A DNA stretch of 64,000 nt from Candidatus Poriferisocius sp. (GCA_965221865.1 OZ244918.1:1318724-1382723); one strand, 5' to 3'. Shown: positions 16,236-26,286, numbered from the stretch's first letter. Translations and numbers: made by a program. The notes: generated by a model from the letters alone, not told the origin.

Positions 16236-16861
16236 CTAGCTGCTTGCTGGGCTGCATCCCAGCAATCTGCCTCTTGACTTAACCATTTATCACTGTTGTC
16301 AAACTCACCTAGTTGTTCTACGCAATTTTCAAAGGCTGTATCTATTGCTTCACGAGCATCAGCAGGTAACAAATTTTGCCATTGCCATAGCCAACCTATT
16401 GCTTCAAAATGCTTTCTTTCGCAAAACATAAATAGCTTACTCGCAGCAATACTAGTTTCACTAATTCCAGAAAAATCTCTATCAATATGAGCTATAGAAT
16501 CCAAAAAATGATCGGGTAAACGCCAACCTTCAGGAAAGTTATATCCAAAAGTCCAGTCATCTTGTTCAGAGTTAAATTTAAATTGAACATTCGTTAAGCC
16601 TGAATCAGATATACAACGTTCAGTTGCAAGACCCGCTGATTCAAGTTCAGAAAACTCAATAAGACCATCTGCTAGTGCTTCTCTTTGTTGTTCTGAAACT
16701 ATTTCATCTGACAAAACATCGTTAATCAATGCATCATATTGACGCTTTGTTTCAATATCTGATGCATCTGCACTGCCACCGGTCGAACTTCCACAAGCAG
16801 CAAGCAAAGTAACGATAACTACCCCAAATATTACTCTACGGATGTGCATGGTAGAAAACAC
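16232..16861 (-). CDS. Hypothetical acidic lipoprotein
   Basis: It has a signal peptide and the lipobox LLAACGSS. It overlaps the next gene in the operon by 4 nt. Confidence 0.45.
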   Translation of the reverse strand: MFSTMHIRRVIFGVVIVTLLAACGSSTGGSADASDIETKRQYDALINDVLSDEIVSEQQREALADGLIEFSELESAGLATERCISDSGLTNVQFKFNSEQDDWTFGYNFPEGWRLPDHFLDSIAHIDRDFSGISETSIAASKLFMFCERKHFEAIGWLWQWQNLLPADAREAIDTAFENCVEQLGEFDNSDKWLSQEADCWDAAQQAAS

Positions 16862-17256
16862 ACACTACCGATGAACAAAACGACAGAACTGTGTATGACG
16901 AATTTCGCATCCGCCACCAACTAACCAATCTGTACCAAACCCAGCATCCGACTTTGCAGCAATCTTACAGGATTCTCAGCTTGTGTGGAACTGGCTTGAA
17001 ACACTGCTGACTGCCCACTACTCGTTTCAGCAAGTGTGGTTATGGAATGGGTGATCAGCATTAAACTACCTCCTATGTGCTGCAAAATGTGCAGATACCT
17101 CAAACGTAGCTACTACACAGCCTCAAAGCAATAAAATTTGCTGTCAAAAAGTGACACGTTTTTGGTATTTTTGACATTTGATTAACTCTAAACTATTCAT
17201 ACTTGAAAGCTATGACAGAATCTCATAACCAAGTTTGTATGCTAAAGGTATGAATA

Positions 17257-17275
17257 CCAAAGGATGTTCCTTTGG
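17257..17275. promoter_or_regulatory. Perfect palindrome ccaaagga-tgt-tcctttgg upstream of the LuxR-type gene
   Basis: The 8-bp arms were read directly. The site lies 65 nt upstream of the predicted start at 17340. Confidence 0.3.
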
Positions 17276-17339
17276 AACTTCTCGGACTAACCTGAACCGC
17301 TACAACCTGATCAGCTGCTTTGCCCTGCAAGTCGGTTGC

Positions 17340-18248
17340 ATGAGCAAACAGGTACTCAAAGCGCAAAAACTAGGCTACGGCCCAGGTAAATACAGCGACC
17401 CGTGGGATCCACGCTTTCAATACCTAGCAGCAAAACTCTATGCTACAACCTTTACTCCTGCATATTGCCGAGGCTTAGCTGACTCTTGCTTGCAAGTTGC
17501 AAAAGTTATGGAAAACACAGCGTGTTCGGACGACATTGACTTCGCGTGGGGCGTGTTGCGAATCTACCTCAGATCTGCTGCTCAAAGTATCCTTGCCGAC
17601 CCAGAGGTCAAGACGATAGATCGCGCAGCAAACGGAATCCAGATTATGTCTACCCTGCCAGGTCATCTGCACCATGAAGTATTTGCTGCTTTACTAAGTA
17701 AACAAGGCGCAAAACGTCTCTATGATGCAGCAAGCTCTGTTATGCAATTCTGTAACAACCAATTACCATCTGCTCCTTCAGGGTCAGAGCTAGAATGGGT
17801 CGTTGCAGTTGCTAAAGATGAGCCCATCCAACTACTTGCTCAGCAATATAATTTGCCTCTTCGCAGTGCCTATCGACGATTACAAGACCTTTGGGCTCAC
17901 TTTGAAGTGAAAAATGCTGTGCAAGGTGTGGCTTTAGCAGTGCAGCGCAGGTGGATAGCCCCACCGCCAAAAGCTTACGTCTGCTCTCCCACCACAGATA
18001 ATGTTGAGTGGATACCAACCAAACGCAGTTGGCAAGCACAAAAAGGAATCCCCAGTGAAGAACAACTTATGTGCTTACAAGGACTTGCTCTTGGAGAATC
18101 GCACCAAGAAATAGCTCATAATCTCTCCTATTCAACAAGACAATTAGAGCGGATGCTCAACAAGATGCGAGGCAAACTAGAAGTAGCTACCTCTACTGAA
18201 GCTTTAGCCTTAGCTGTCAATGAAGGTTGGGTGACTGTCCAACACTAA
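17340..18248 (+). CDS. LuxR/GerE-family transcriptional regulator with two HTH-like modules
   Basis: The C-terminal module LMCLQGLALGESHQEIAHNLSYSTRQLERMLNKMRGKLEVATSTEALALAVNEGWV is a GerE HTH. A second, degenerate copy reads IQLLAQQYNLPLRSAYRRLQDLWAHFEVKNAVQGVALAVQRRWI. I chose the start at ATG 17340 (MSKQVL...). Confidence 0.65.
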   Translation: MSKQVLKAQKLGYGPGKYSDPWDPRFQYLAAKLYATTFTPAYCRGLADSCLQVAKVMENTACSDDIDFAWGVLRIYLRSAAQSILADPEVKTIDRAANGIQIMSTLPGHLHHEVFAALLSKQGAKRLYDAASSVMQFCNNQLPSAPSGSELEWVVAVAKDEPIQLLAQQYNLPLRSAYRRLQDLWAHFEVKNAVQGVALAVQRRWIAPPPKAYVCSPTTDNVEWIPTKRSWQAQKGIPSEEQLMCLQGLALGESHQEIAHNLSYSTRQLERMLNKMRGKLEVATSTEALALAVNEGWVTVQH

Positions 18249-18381
18249 ATAGGCTGCCCAAGCTGAACCGTTCCCTAATCTATGAGAACAAGATGATCGC
18301 AGTGGATATAAACATACAAGTACAACTAGCCTCTTCTGTATGACGACTAACGGCAACACACGCCGAATGAAATGAGGCCTT

Positions 18382-18855
18382 ATGTCAATCCTTGAATCCG
18401 ATTTAGCAACTGCCCGAGATGCTTGGGGTCTGGGGCTAATTGCGATCTCACAAGCCTACGAATCTGCTGGTATCGATGGTGCTAGCGCAGAAGCCTCTCG
18501 CCTATTAGACAACCTCTATGGCTACAACTTAGGTCCGGTGCTGTTCAAACCAACCATGGCAAGCGGCAAGCAAACGTTTCGCCTCACCAAGCAAGGAGCT
18601 TTAGCCTATTTCGTAGGCCACAGTATGGAATATCCCCTCGACAGCGGGTTCGGGCTCAAAGGATGGCGAGATGTCCAATCAGAAACCGCTGCTAACTTCA
18701 CCCACGAAGATGTAGCTATGTGGATGGGCAAGATGACACTAACAGACAAAAACAGCGCAATCACCCAAGTTGATAAGAGCTTTGGCTACAAAAAAGATAA
18801 CGCAGGTGTGCTGCGTATCGTGTTACATCACTCGTCACTGCCTTACCTGCCATAA
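18382..18855 (+). CDS. Hypothetical protein, probably with an NTF2/SnoaL-like fold
   Basis: The call rests on the ORF and on overall resemblance to small NTF2-like proteins. It has no catalytic motif I can name. Confidence 0.3.
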   Translation: MSILESDLATARDAWGLGLIAISQAYESAGIDGASAEASRLLDNLYGYNLGPVLFKPTMASGKQTFRLTKQGALAYFVGHSMEYPLDSGFGLKGWRDVQSETAANFTHEDVAMWMGKMTLTDKNSAITQVDKSFGYKKDNAGVLRIVLHHSSLPYLP

Positions 18856-18945
18856 GGATACACAGTAGAGTCTTATGCTCCAACACAAGCCAACTTTCCG
18901 TCGGGTGACAGCACCAAAACAAGCTCAGCTTATGTGCCTAGAGCT

Positions 18946-20142
18946 TTAGTCGTTGTAAGCGGTCTCAGCATGCAAAAATCTGTCTAAACCAATGATCTCT
19001 GCTTCGGTAGAGGTGCGAATAATCATCGTGCGATTCAATACCCAGACGATGCAGTAGGTGACCACAAAGCTATAGGACATCACCGCCACGATTGACAAAA
19101 TCTGATTCCAAAACAGCTCGCCACCACCAAAGAAAATGCCGTTAATAAAATCGCCGCCGTCAACAGCCCCAGAATCAGCAAACAGGCCAATCAAAACGCC
19201 GCCAACAATGCCGCCAAACATATGAATGCCCACCACATCTAAACTGTCGTCGTACTTGTAGCGCAGCTTCAAGCCAATAGCCATGTAACACACCACCCCA
19301 GCTAAAGCCCCAATCACAATTGCCGACATAGCGCCCACAAAACCCGCAGCCGGTGTGATAGCAACCAAACCGGCAACAATGCCTGATGCCATACCCAAAG
19401 CCGTAGGCTTACCATCTCTAACGGTTTCTGCAACCATCCATGCACATAACGCAGCTGCGCCAGCCAAAAACGTTGTCAGGAATGCATGAGCAGCTGTAGT
19501 GTCAGCAGCTAAAGCAGAACCAGCATTGAACCCAAACCACCCAAACCACAAGATGCCTGCACCCAACAACACCAGCGGCAAACTGTTAGGAAAATCCACA
19601 TCACCAGGCCAGTTCTTGCGAGGCCCAAGCACTAACACTACCGCTAACGCTGCAGCACCGGCATTAATGTGAATTGCGGTACCGCCTGCAAAATCGTGAG
19701 CTGGCAGGTTGGCAATCCACCCCTTACCTCCATAAATCCAATACACAACTGGTGAATAAACCAGAAACGACCAAATCGGCACAAAAATAGCCCAGGCCGA
19801 AAACTTCATCCGCCCTGCTACAGCACCAGAAATAAGAGCAGGAGTAATCACAGCGAAAGTAAGTCCAAAAACAAACTCCCTCTTCGCCACCACATCATCG
19901 ATGCCACTAAGCCAGAACGCATCAAAATTGCCAAAAAGAGGAAAATCCCAATCACCTGAAGCAAACCCAAAACCAGCTACCGCCCATAACAGAGGCACAA
20001 TACCCAAACAGTAAAGATTCATATTCATCATGTTGAGCACGTTTTTCCGACCGACCATGCCCCCGTAAAACAGTGCAAGGCCCGGTACCATAAACATAAC
20101 CAGCGCTGCCGAAATAAGCACCCAAGCAGTATCAGCCTCCAT
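18946..20142 (-). CDS. amt: Ammonium transporter (Amt family)
   Basis: Amt signatures are present: DFAGGTAIHINAGAAALA, WFGWFGFNAGSA and DDSLDVVGIHMFGGIVG. The protein has about 11 TM helices. Confidence 0.92.
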   Translation of the reverse strand: MEADTAWVLISAALVMFMVPGLALFYGGMVGRKNVLNMMNMNLYCLGIVPLLWAVAGFGFASGDWDFPLFGNFDAFWLSGIDDVVAKREFVFGLTFAVITPALISGAVAGRMKFSAWAIFVPIWSFLVYSPVVYWIYGGKGWIANLPAHDFAGGTAIHINAGAAALAVVLVLGPRKNWPGDVDFPNSLPLVLLGAGILWFGWFGFNAGSALAADTTAAHAFLTTFLAGAAALCAWMVAETVRDGKPTALGMASGIVAGLVAITPAAGFVGAMSAIVIGALAGVVCYMAIGLKLRYKYDDSLDVVGIHMFGGIVGGVLIGLFADSGAVDGGDFINGIFFGGGELFWNQILSIVAVMSYSFVVTYCIVWVLNRTMIIRTSTEAEIIGLDRFLHAETAYND

Positions 20143-20240
20143 TGTGTATCCCCTTAGATGTGCAATGCTTTTTCTAGATTAGCCAGCAGTGGCGTTTTGG
20201 ATCTGCTGGCATACTTCACAATATGGCAGACCACAGCAAC

Positions 20241-21032
20241 CTATTCCAAAAGAGCCTGATTCAAGTTGCCTGAACGCAGTCCAGCTAAATCCAAGGTTAC
20301 ATAACGGTAGCCAGCTTCTTGCACAGCCGCTACCACTGCTTCGCGCTTTACAACTACATCTGCAAGTTGTTGCTGAGGCACCTCAATACGAGCTAAATCC
20401 CCATAGTGACGCACCCGTAGCTCAGCAAAACCTAGCTTTTTTAGTGCAGCCTCAGCACTGCCAACCGAGGCTAATGCTCCCAGCGAAACTGGCGTGCCAT
20501 AAGGAATGCGTGATGCCAAACAAGGTGCAGCAGGCTTATCCCAAGTGCGTAACCCCAAGCGTTTAGACCACTGACGCACATCAGCTTTAGAAAAACCAGC
20601 CTCTACTAAAGGAAAAACCGCACCGCGCTCTTGAGCTGCTTGTTGCCCGGGACGATGATCGCTCAGGTCATCGGTGTTTACACCCAAAACTATTTTGGCA
20701 GACGATGCCTCAGCCAACGGGCCAAAAGCCTCCATTAGAGCCTCTTTACACCAGTAACAGCGGTCACCGGTGTTAGCCACATAAGCCTTATTTGTTATCT
20801 CAGAAGTGGCTACCTCGCTGTGCCGCAAACCCCATTCTTTAGCTAGTGCCACGCAGTCAGCCCGCGCCGTAGCTCCCAAAGATTCAGAAACCGCTGTTAC
20901 TGCCTGACATCTGTCCCCCAATACATCGTGAGCCACCCAAACCAACAGTGCAGAATCCACGCCCCCGCTGAAGGCCACCACAACCGAGCCTAAGCTCTCT
21001 AAGTGTTTACGAAGCTGAGCCATGTCACCCAC
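20241..21032 (-). CDS. PP-loop ATP pyrophosphatase, LarE / TIGR00268-like
   Basis: The PP-loop is AFSGGVDSALL and a conserved Cys-containing segment reads GDRCYWCK. The length of about 263 aa is typical of the family. Confidence 0.6.
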   Translation of the reverse strand: MGDMAQLRKHLESLGSVVVAFSGGVDSALLVWVAHDVLGDRCQAVTAVSESLGATARADCVALAKEWGLRHSEVATSEITNKAYVANTGDRCYWCKEALMEAFGPLAEASSAKIVLGVNTDDLSDHRPGQQAAQERGAVFPLVEAGFSKADVRQWSKRLGLRTWDKPAAPCLASRIPYGTPVSLGALASVGSAEAALKKLGFAELRVRHYGDLARIEVPQQQLADVVVKREAVVAAVQEAGYRYVTLDLAGLRSGNLNQALLE

Positions 21033-21110
21033 AGCTCTAGTTTGCCCACTTGCCTAGCAGCAGTGCGACTTTATACAAATCTAATAACAAATTGCTAGCC
21101 TAAACAGGTA

Positions 21111-23447
21111 ATGACTGTTGGCGAAACAAAGCAAAACAACCTGCAACGCAGCCAACTTCTAGCCGACAATACCATGTCGGGGGCAACGCTGTGTCGGGCA
21201 TTGGCTCGGCGGATGGACGAGTGGCTAGCCCACAACTTCAACACAGTAGTACACAACCACCGCAACATTGCGCTGCTAGCAGTAGGTGGATACGGCCGAG
21301 CCGAGTTATGCCCAGGCAGCGATATTGACTTGTTGTTGTTGCACAACAATCGGGCTGACATAGATGACATTGCCCCAAAACTCTGGTATCCCATCTGGGA
21401 CGAAGGACTGAAGCTGGGCTATGCCGTTCGTACTCCTAAAGAATCTAGAGACCTATCCAAAACCGATATGGATACGGCAACAGCTTTGCTAGATGCCCGC
21501 CACATTGCAGGCGACAGCGAGCTTACCGCCGAGGTAACCGCTGAAAACTCCACATACTGGAAACGCACTGCTAAACGTTGGCTTCCTCAACTTGCTAACG
21601 ATGTGGCTAAACGACATGGCCACAGCGGAGAGGTGGCCTACAAACTTGAACCCGATCTTAAACAAGGTAGAGGAGGGCTACGCGATGTTCATGCTCTGCG
21701 CTGGGCTGAGGCTGCCTTATTAAATATAGCGGACTCAGGAAGCCGTAAAGTTTGGTCGGCCTATGAGGTGATCTTGGCTGCGCGCGTGGAATTGCATCGC
21801 ACCACTGGGCGAGCTGGAGATCTGCTGCTACTTCAAGAACAAGATGGTGTAGCCGATGCACTGGGCTATGCAGATGCCGACAAAATGATGGCCGAAATTT
21901 CTAGCGCAGCCCGGTGGATTGCTTGGCATAGCGATGAGGTTTGGGCGTGGCTGCGCGAAACAGAATTCCCTGGCGACCGCCGCTTGGCTCTGCGCCGTCG
22001 CGCTAGTCGTAACAGCGAAGCGCTAGCCGAGGGAGTAGCCGTTTTAGAAGGCCGTGCGGTTTTAGCTGGCAACGCTCAATACTCCAACCCTTGCACAGCC
22101 TTACGCCTAGCTAACGCGGCTGCTCGCAACAAGCTACGCATGGGGCGTAACAGCCTAGAGATGTTACGCGACCAGATGTTGCCGCTGCCCGACCCATGGC
22201 CTGATGAGGCACGCCGCTTGTTTGTAGATTTATTGCTCACAGGTAGAGCTGCTGTGCAAATCATCGAGGCACTCGATCAGATGGAACTCTTCGTGCGTAT
22301 CCTGCCTGAGTGGGAGCCCAATCGAAGTCGCCCACAACGCAACGCCTACCATCAGTTCACGGTAGATCGGCACCTCTGTGAGGCAGCAGCGCTAGCAGCA
22401 GAACTTACCGACAGGGTAGATAGGTCTGATTTGTTGGTTTTAGGGGCACTGCTACACGATATCGGCAAAGGCTACCCTGGGGATCACACCGAAGTGGGCA
22501 TGGTGCTAGTGGCAGATATAGCTCACCGAATGGGCTTACCACCCACTGATGTAGATGTGCTAGTAGCAATGGTGCAGCATCACTTGCTGTTACCTGATGT
22601 TGCTACTCGGCGAGATTTGGAAGACCCTGACACCATCGCTGAAGTTGCCCGCCAAGTCGGGTCGGTAGAAACCTTGCGATTGTTAGGTGCGCTAACCGAA
22701 GCTGATTCGTTAGCAACCGGGCCTTCTGCGTGGAGCGATTGGAAAGCTAGCTTGGTGCGCTCGCTTGTGGCCCGCTGCGCCCACGTTTTAGAAGGCGGCG
22801 ATATTGAGGAGATCACCGCTAGATTCCCCACCCAAGAACATCGTCAGATGATGGAAGCAGGCGAGAGCTTGGTGCTAGGCGAGGGCGACACATTGCTAGT
22901 AATCGCCCCCGATCAACATGGCATGTTTTCGAGAGTGGCTGGCGTGCTAGCCCTTAGTGGTTTAAGGGTGCTTTTGGCAGGAGCGCACACCGAGTATGGA
23001 ATGGCACTTGAGCAGTTCCGGGTGGAGAGCGTTCTAGGCTTAGAGATCGACTGGACACAGGTTACTGACTACGTACAGTTAGCGCTGTCGCGACGCCTAG
23101 CTCTAGAAGCTCGACTGGCCGAGAAAATTGATGCATACCAGTCGTCAACAACTTTTCGGCCACGCCCAATAGTGACCCCTAAAGTCACCATCGACAACGA
23201 AGCATCTTCTACAGCAACCATTATCGAGGTGGCTGCTCAAGCTCATATGGGCTTGCTGAGCAGAGTAACTAGCGCCCTTTCACAAATAGATTTAGATATT
23301 CTCACAGCCAAAATGCAAGACCTAGGCGGCGATGTGATTCACGCCTACTACGTGCGCGACGGTCAGGGCAACAAGGTGATCGACAGCAAACATCAACAAG
23401 AAATACAGCTAGCCTTGAAACACGCTATAGATGCTTGTAGCCCATGA
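21111..23447 (+). CDS. glnD: [Protein-PII] uridylyl/adenylyl-transferase GlnD
   Basis: The nucleotidyltransferase motif is AVGGYGRAELCPGSDIDLLLL and the HD domain reads LGALLHDIGKG. Two C-terminal ACT-like domains are present, and the protein is 778 aa. Confidence 0.88.
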   Translation: MTVGETKQNNLQRSQLLADNTMSGATLCRALARRMDEWLAHNFNTVVHNHRNIALLAVGGYGRAELCPGSDIDLLLLHNNRADIDDIAPKLWYPIWDEGLKLGYAVRTPKESRDLSKTDMDTATALLDARHIAGDSELTAEVTAENSTYWKRTAKRWLPQLANDVAKRHGHSGEVAYKLEPDLKQGRGGLRDVHALRWAEAALLNIADSGSRKVWSAYEVILAARVELHRTTGRAGDLLLLQEQDGVADALGYADADKMMAEISSAARWIAWHSDEVWAWLRETEFPGDRRLALRRRASRNSEALAEGVAVLEGRAVLAGNAQYSNPCTALRLANAAARNKLRMGRNSLEMLRDQMLPLPDPWPDEARRLFVDLLLTGRAAVQIIEALDQMELFVRILPEWEPNRSRPQRNAYHQFTVDRHLCEAAALAAELTDRVDRSDLLVLGALLHDIGKGYPGDHTEVGMVLVADIAHRMGLPPTDVDVLVAMVQHHLLLPDVATRRDLEDPDTIAEVARQVGSVETLRLLGALTEADSLATGPSAWSDWKASLVRSLVARCAHVLEGGDIEEITARFPTQEHRQMMEAGESLVLGEGDTLLVIAPDQHGMFSRVAGVLALSGLRVLLAGAHTEYGMALEQFRVESVLGLEIDWTQVTDYVQLALSRRLALEARLAEKIDAYQSSTTFRPRPIVTPKVTIDNEASSTATIIEVAAQAHMGLLSRVTSALSQIDLDILTAKMQDLGGDVIHAYYVRDGQGNKVIDSKHQQEIQLALKHAIDACSP

Positions 23448-24139
23448 GCACTGATCACTCGTCAATCGTTGGACGCGATGAACTGCGCCGCTGGTCGGAA
23501 GCATTATCTGGTATTGCGCGTACAGGATTAGCTTTCACCACAAACGGCTACGAACGTGAACGCTTTGAAGAAGTTCTGCAGATAGCTGCTGAAATATCTG
23601 CAGTAATCAACGAAGGGTGGGAAGCACCTAGTTTCGTAGAGGAATGGATGAAGTCGATAGGCAAGGGGGTTGCGGGCTATGTGACGCCTAAAGTAGCTGT
23701 GGGAGCCATAGTTGGAAACGACAAAGGTGAACTCTTGTTGATACAGCGAGCCGATTCGGGTGTGTGGCTTTATCCCACTGGTTGGGCAGATGTGGGCTAT
23801 TCTCCCTCTGAGATAGTGGTAAAAGAAGTAGCAGAAGAAACGGGTATCATCTGTGAAGTGCTGCGGCCTATGGCCATCCATGATGGCATGAGACGTGGTT
23901 TTACCACAGTGCCGATGTACTCATTGGTGTTCTTATGCAAAGCTATAGGCGGGGAACTTAAACCACATCCCTTAGAGTGCTCAGACTTAGGGTTTTTTGG
24001 CCCCGACAACCTACCCGGCAAGATGACTGGAAACGAGTGGTGGTTAGAACACGCTTTTGCCAACATTAGAGGCGAAACCACCCCTTTCCTCTTTGACCCG
24101 CCTAGAAACCCGCCGTGGCGAACGCCGCAAAGCACCTAG
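23444..24139 (+). CDS. NUDIX hydrolase with an N-terminal Nudix_N_2-type domain
   Basis: The Nudix box is GWADVGYSPSEIVVKEVAEETG. The N-terminal segment reads WSEALSGIARTGLAFTTNGYERERFEEVLQIA. The start overlaps the glnD stop in an ATGA. Confidence 0.8.
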   Translation: MSTDHSSIVGRDELRRWSEALSGIARTGLAFTTNGYERERFEEVLQIAAEISAVINEGWEAPSFVEEWMKSIGKGVAGYVTPKVAVGAIVGNDKGELLLIQRADSGVWLYPTGWADVGYSPSEIVVKEVAEETGIICEVLRPMAIHDGMRRGFTTVPMYSLVFLCKAIGGELKPHPLECSDLGFFGPDNLPGKMTGNEWWLEHAFANIRGETTPFLFDPPRNPPWRTPQST

Positions 24140-24160
24140 GAGTGTTTAGCCTAAAAGGAC

Positions 24161-26286
24161 TTAAGGGCGTGTCTTTTTCCCGCCATGAACAGAAGGCTCA
24201 GCACACCACTGCGTTCGCAGCGTTGCTAGCGATTCGCAGATTGTGTCTGGCAGCCCAAGCACCCCGCGCAGCACCCGCTCATCTAACTGCTGGCGAACTT
24301 CATCACGATAAACCTCATTAGCAGCCAACATAGGCTGATGTTCAAACTCGTCAAACACAGCGGCTACCCCCTGTACCTGTTCGAATGAGATTGCCCGCAA
24401 ATCCAGAACTGGAATGTTGCCTATAGTGGTAATTGTGAGGTTCGCCCGACCCGTTTGCTGGCGATTAGAAACCCACCGTCTTCCAAGCTGTACCCGAGAC
24501 AAAAGATGCAGGCAATATCAATGCCAGCACGCCACCGGGCTTAAGCTTGACATGAGCTAGATCGATGAAGTTAGAGGCTATGCCAGCATTACCGTGACTA
24601 GCTTTGATTCCACTGATCCTCGCTGTGTTGGCAGCTAGCGCGTCGGCCATTGCTTTCTGATCATCGGGGTCGTTGCCTAACCCTGCAAATGCTGGGTTAG
24701 GCACTTCTGCATGAGCAGCTTCATGGTTGGTAGGGCGGGTAAAAGGCGGGTTCATGATGGCAATGTCTAATGAATTGGCGGGAATATCAGCTAACGCCAG
24801 CGCCTGTTCTCCTTGCGCAGCAGCAGCCAGTGTTCCATCGCCCCAAAGAGCGTTTCGCGTGTTGGAGTGCATCAAATCTAAAGCCCCTATGCGGTACCCA
24901 AAGACGCCTTCGGTGTCGGCTACCTTGCCATAGGGCATCACCCATGTTTTAGTGCTGGTGTAATCGATATCGGGACGCTCGCCAGATAAACGGGCTGCCG
25001 TTAAATGCACAGCGGCAGCCATGATGTCACAGCCGATCATCACATCTTCCATTAGCGACTGATGTATATCAGCATCATCTCCCCCCCTCAACCCGATATC
25101 GCTCTGCAATCCGCCTGTACACCGCGGTTAACAGTGCGCCGGTACCACAAGCCATGTCACCCACCCGCAGCTTGGCAATCGCCGCAGGATCCGACCAATC
25201 CACATCTAAGCGGCTCACCGCTAACTCAGCTAAAAGTGCTGCTGAAGCTGGCTGAGTGTAAAAGGTAGCTAAAAACTTACGGTCGCCAATTAACTCGCCG
25301 AAGAGCCGCCCCACTAACCCTGAAGAATTTAGATCTTCAGCTATCTCACCAGCCGTAGTACATAAAATTTCAAGCGCCCGCTTAGCACCCACAAAGCTGT
25401 TCATTGCCCGCAATAACTGCCGGCTTACTCCAAAAATTGGCCAGTAGTTCACCTCCAAAACGTGATCCCACATCAACAGCACATGTAACTGATCTAACTT
25501 ATTGTCAGACCGCATCTGCGCGGGCGTGGGTATTTCGGGATGGTGCCTCGCAATGTGGAACTGGAACAGCACAGCATTAAACACAATCGCCATAGCCATA
25601 CGATTGGTTTGCTCCCCTGGCTCTTGAGCTAGCACATCTCCAAAAGCCTCAGCAGTGCCAGCCCCTTCTATAGCCCATACCGCCGCTGCTGCTAAACGTT
25701 GTTGCAATAACTCAGCTACTGGGCCGACATCAGCACCATGCGCGCCAGCACGATCGATAAAAGCAGCCAACTCAGCGATCCTGCCATCCAACCAACCAGA
25801 CTCAGGAAATCTGACAGGCGAGCCGCTACCATTTACCGACCACATAGCCCACTGGAAAGTAATCTCAGCAAATGCTCCACTAACAAGATCCTCATCAGAG
25901 AAATCGTTCAAACGCTCTGGGCTTCTCATACCTACCACCACACGGACTGGGCGCTGATCGCTAGCCCACAATGAGCCAAAATGCGCCGCGCACTGCTTCT
26001 CTAACTCCCGAGCAGACACACCGGCATATTTGTTTTCCACCAGCACCCGCTCACGACCTGGAGCAGTAACCACTATGTCAGGCTGTTTAGCCGATCCTTC
26101 CAAACTGCCAGAACGTTCAGCCTCCACAACAGCGCGCGGATGACAACGCCCGATCGCGGTAGCAATAGCATGGTTCAAGGCTTTCTCATCGCGGTGCCCA
26201 AATCCAGAAGACGTTTGTGAAGCCACCGCTGGAACAACATCGGCATCAGAAGCATCAGCTACAGAAGCGGAATCAACAGAAGACAT
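24161..26286 (-). pseudogene. Frameshifted N6-adenine DNA methyltransferase with an N-terminal PD-(D/E)xK-like nuclease domain (decayed Type IIG-like enzyme)
   Basis: Three consecutive minus-strand ORFs (25075-26286, 24465-25109, 24161-24502) together read as one protein. The pieces include QPDIVV...VLVENKY (PD...ExK), motif I DMACGTGALL and motif IV IMNPPF. There are frame breaks at a G7 run and near 24480. Confidence 0.75.

Noticed and set aside
20189-20566. A 125-aa plus-strand ORF between amt and the LarE-like gene, considered as a candidate for the missing PII gene
   Set aside because: Its sequence (MAFWICWHTSQYGRPQQ...) has none of the PII signatures such as the T-loop or the GDGKIF motif. 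It lies antisense to the PP-loop gene.
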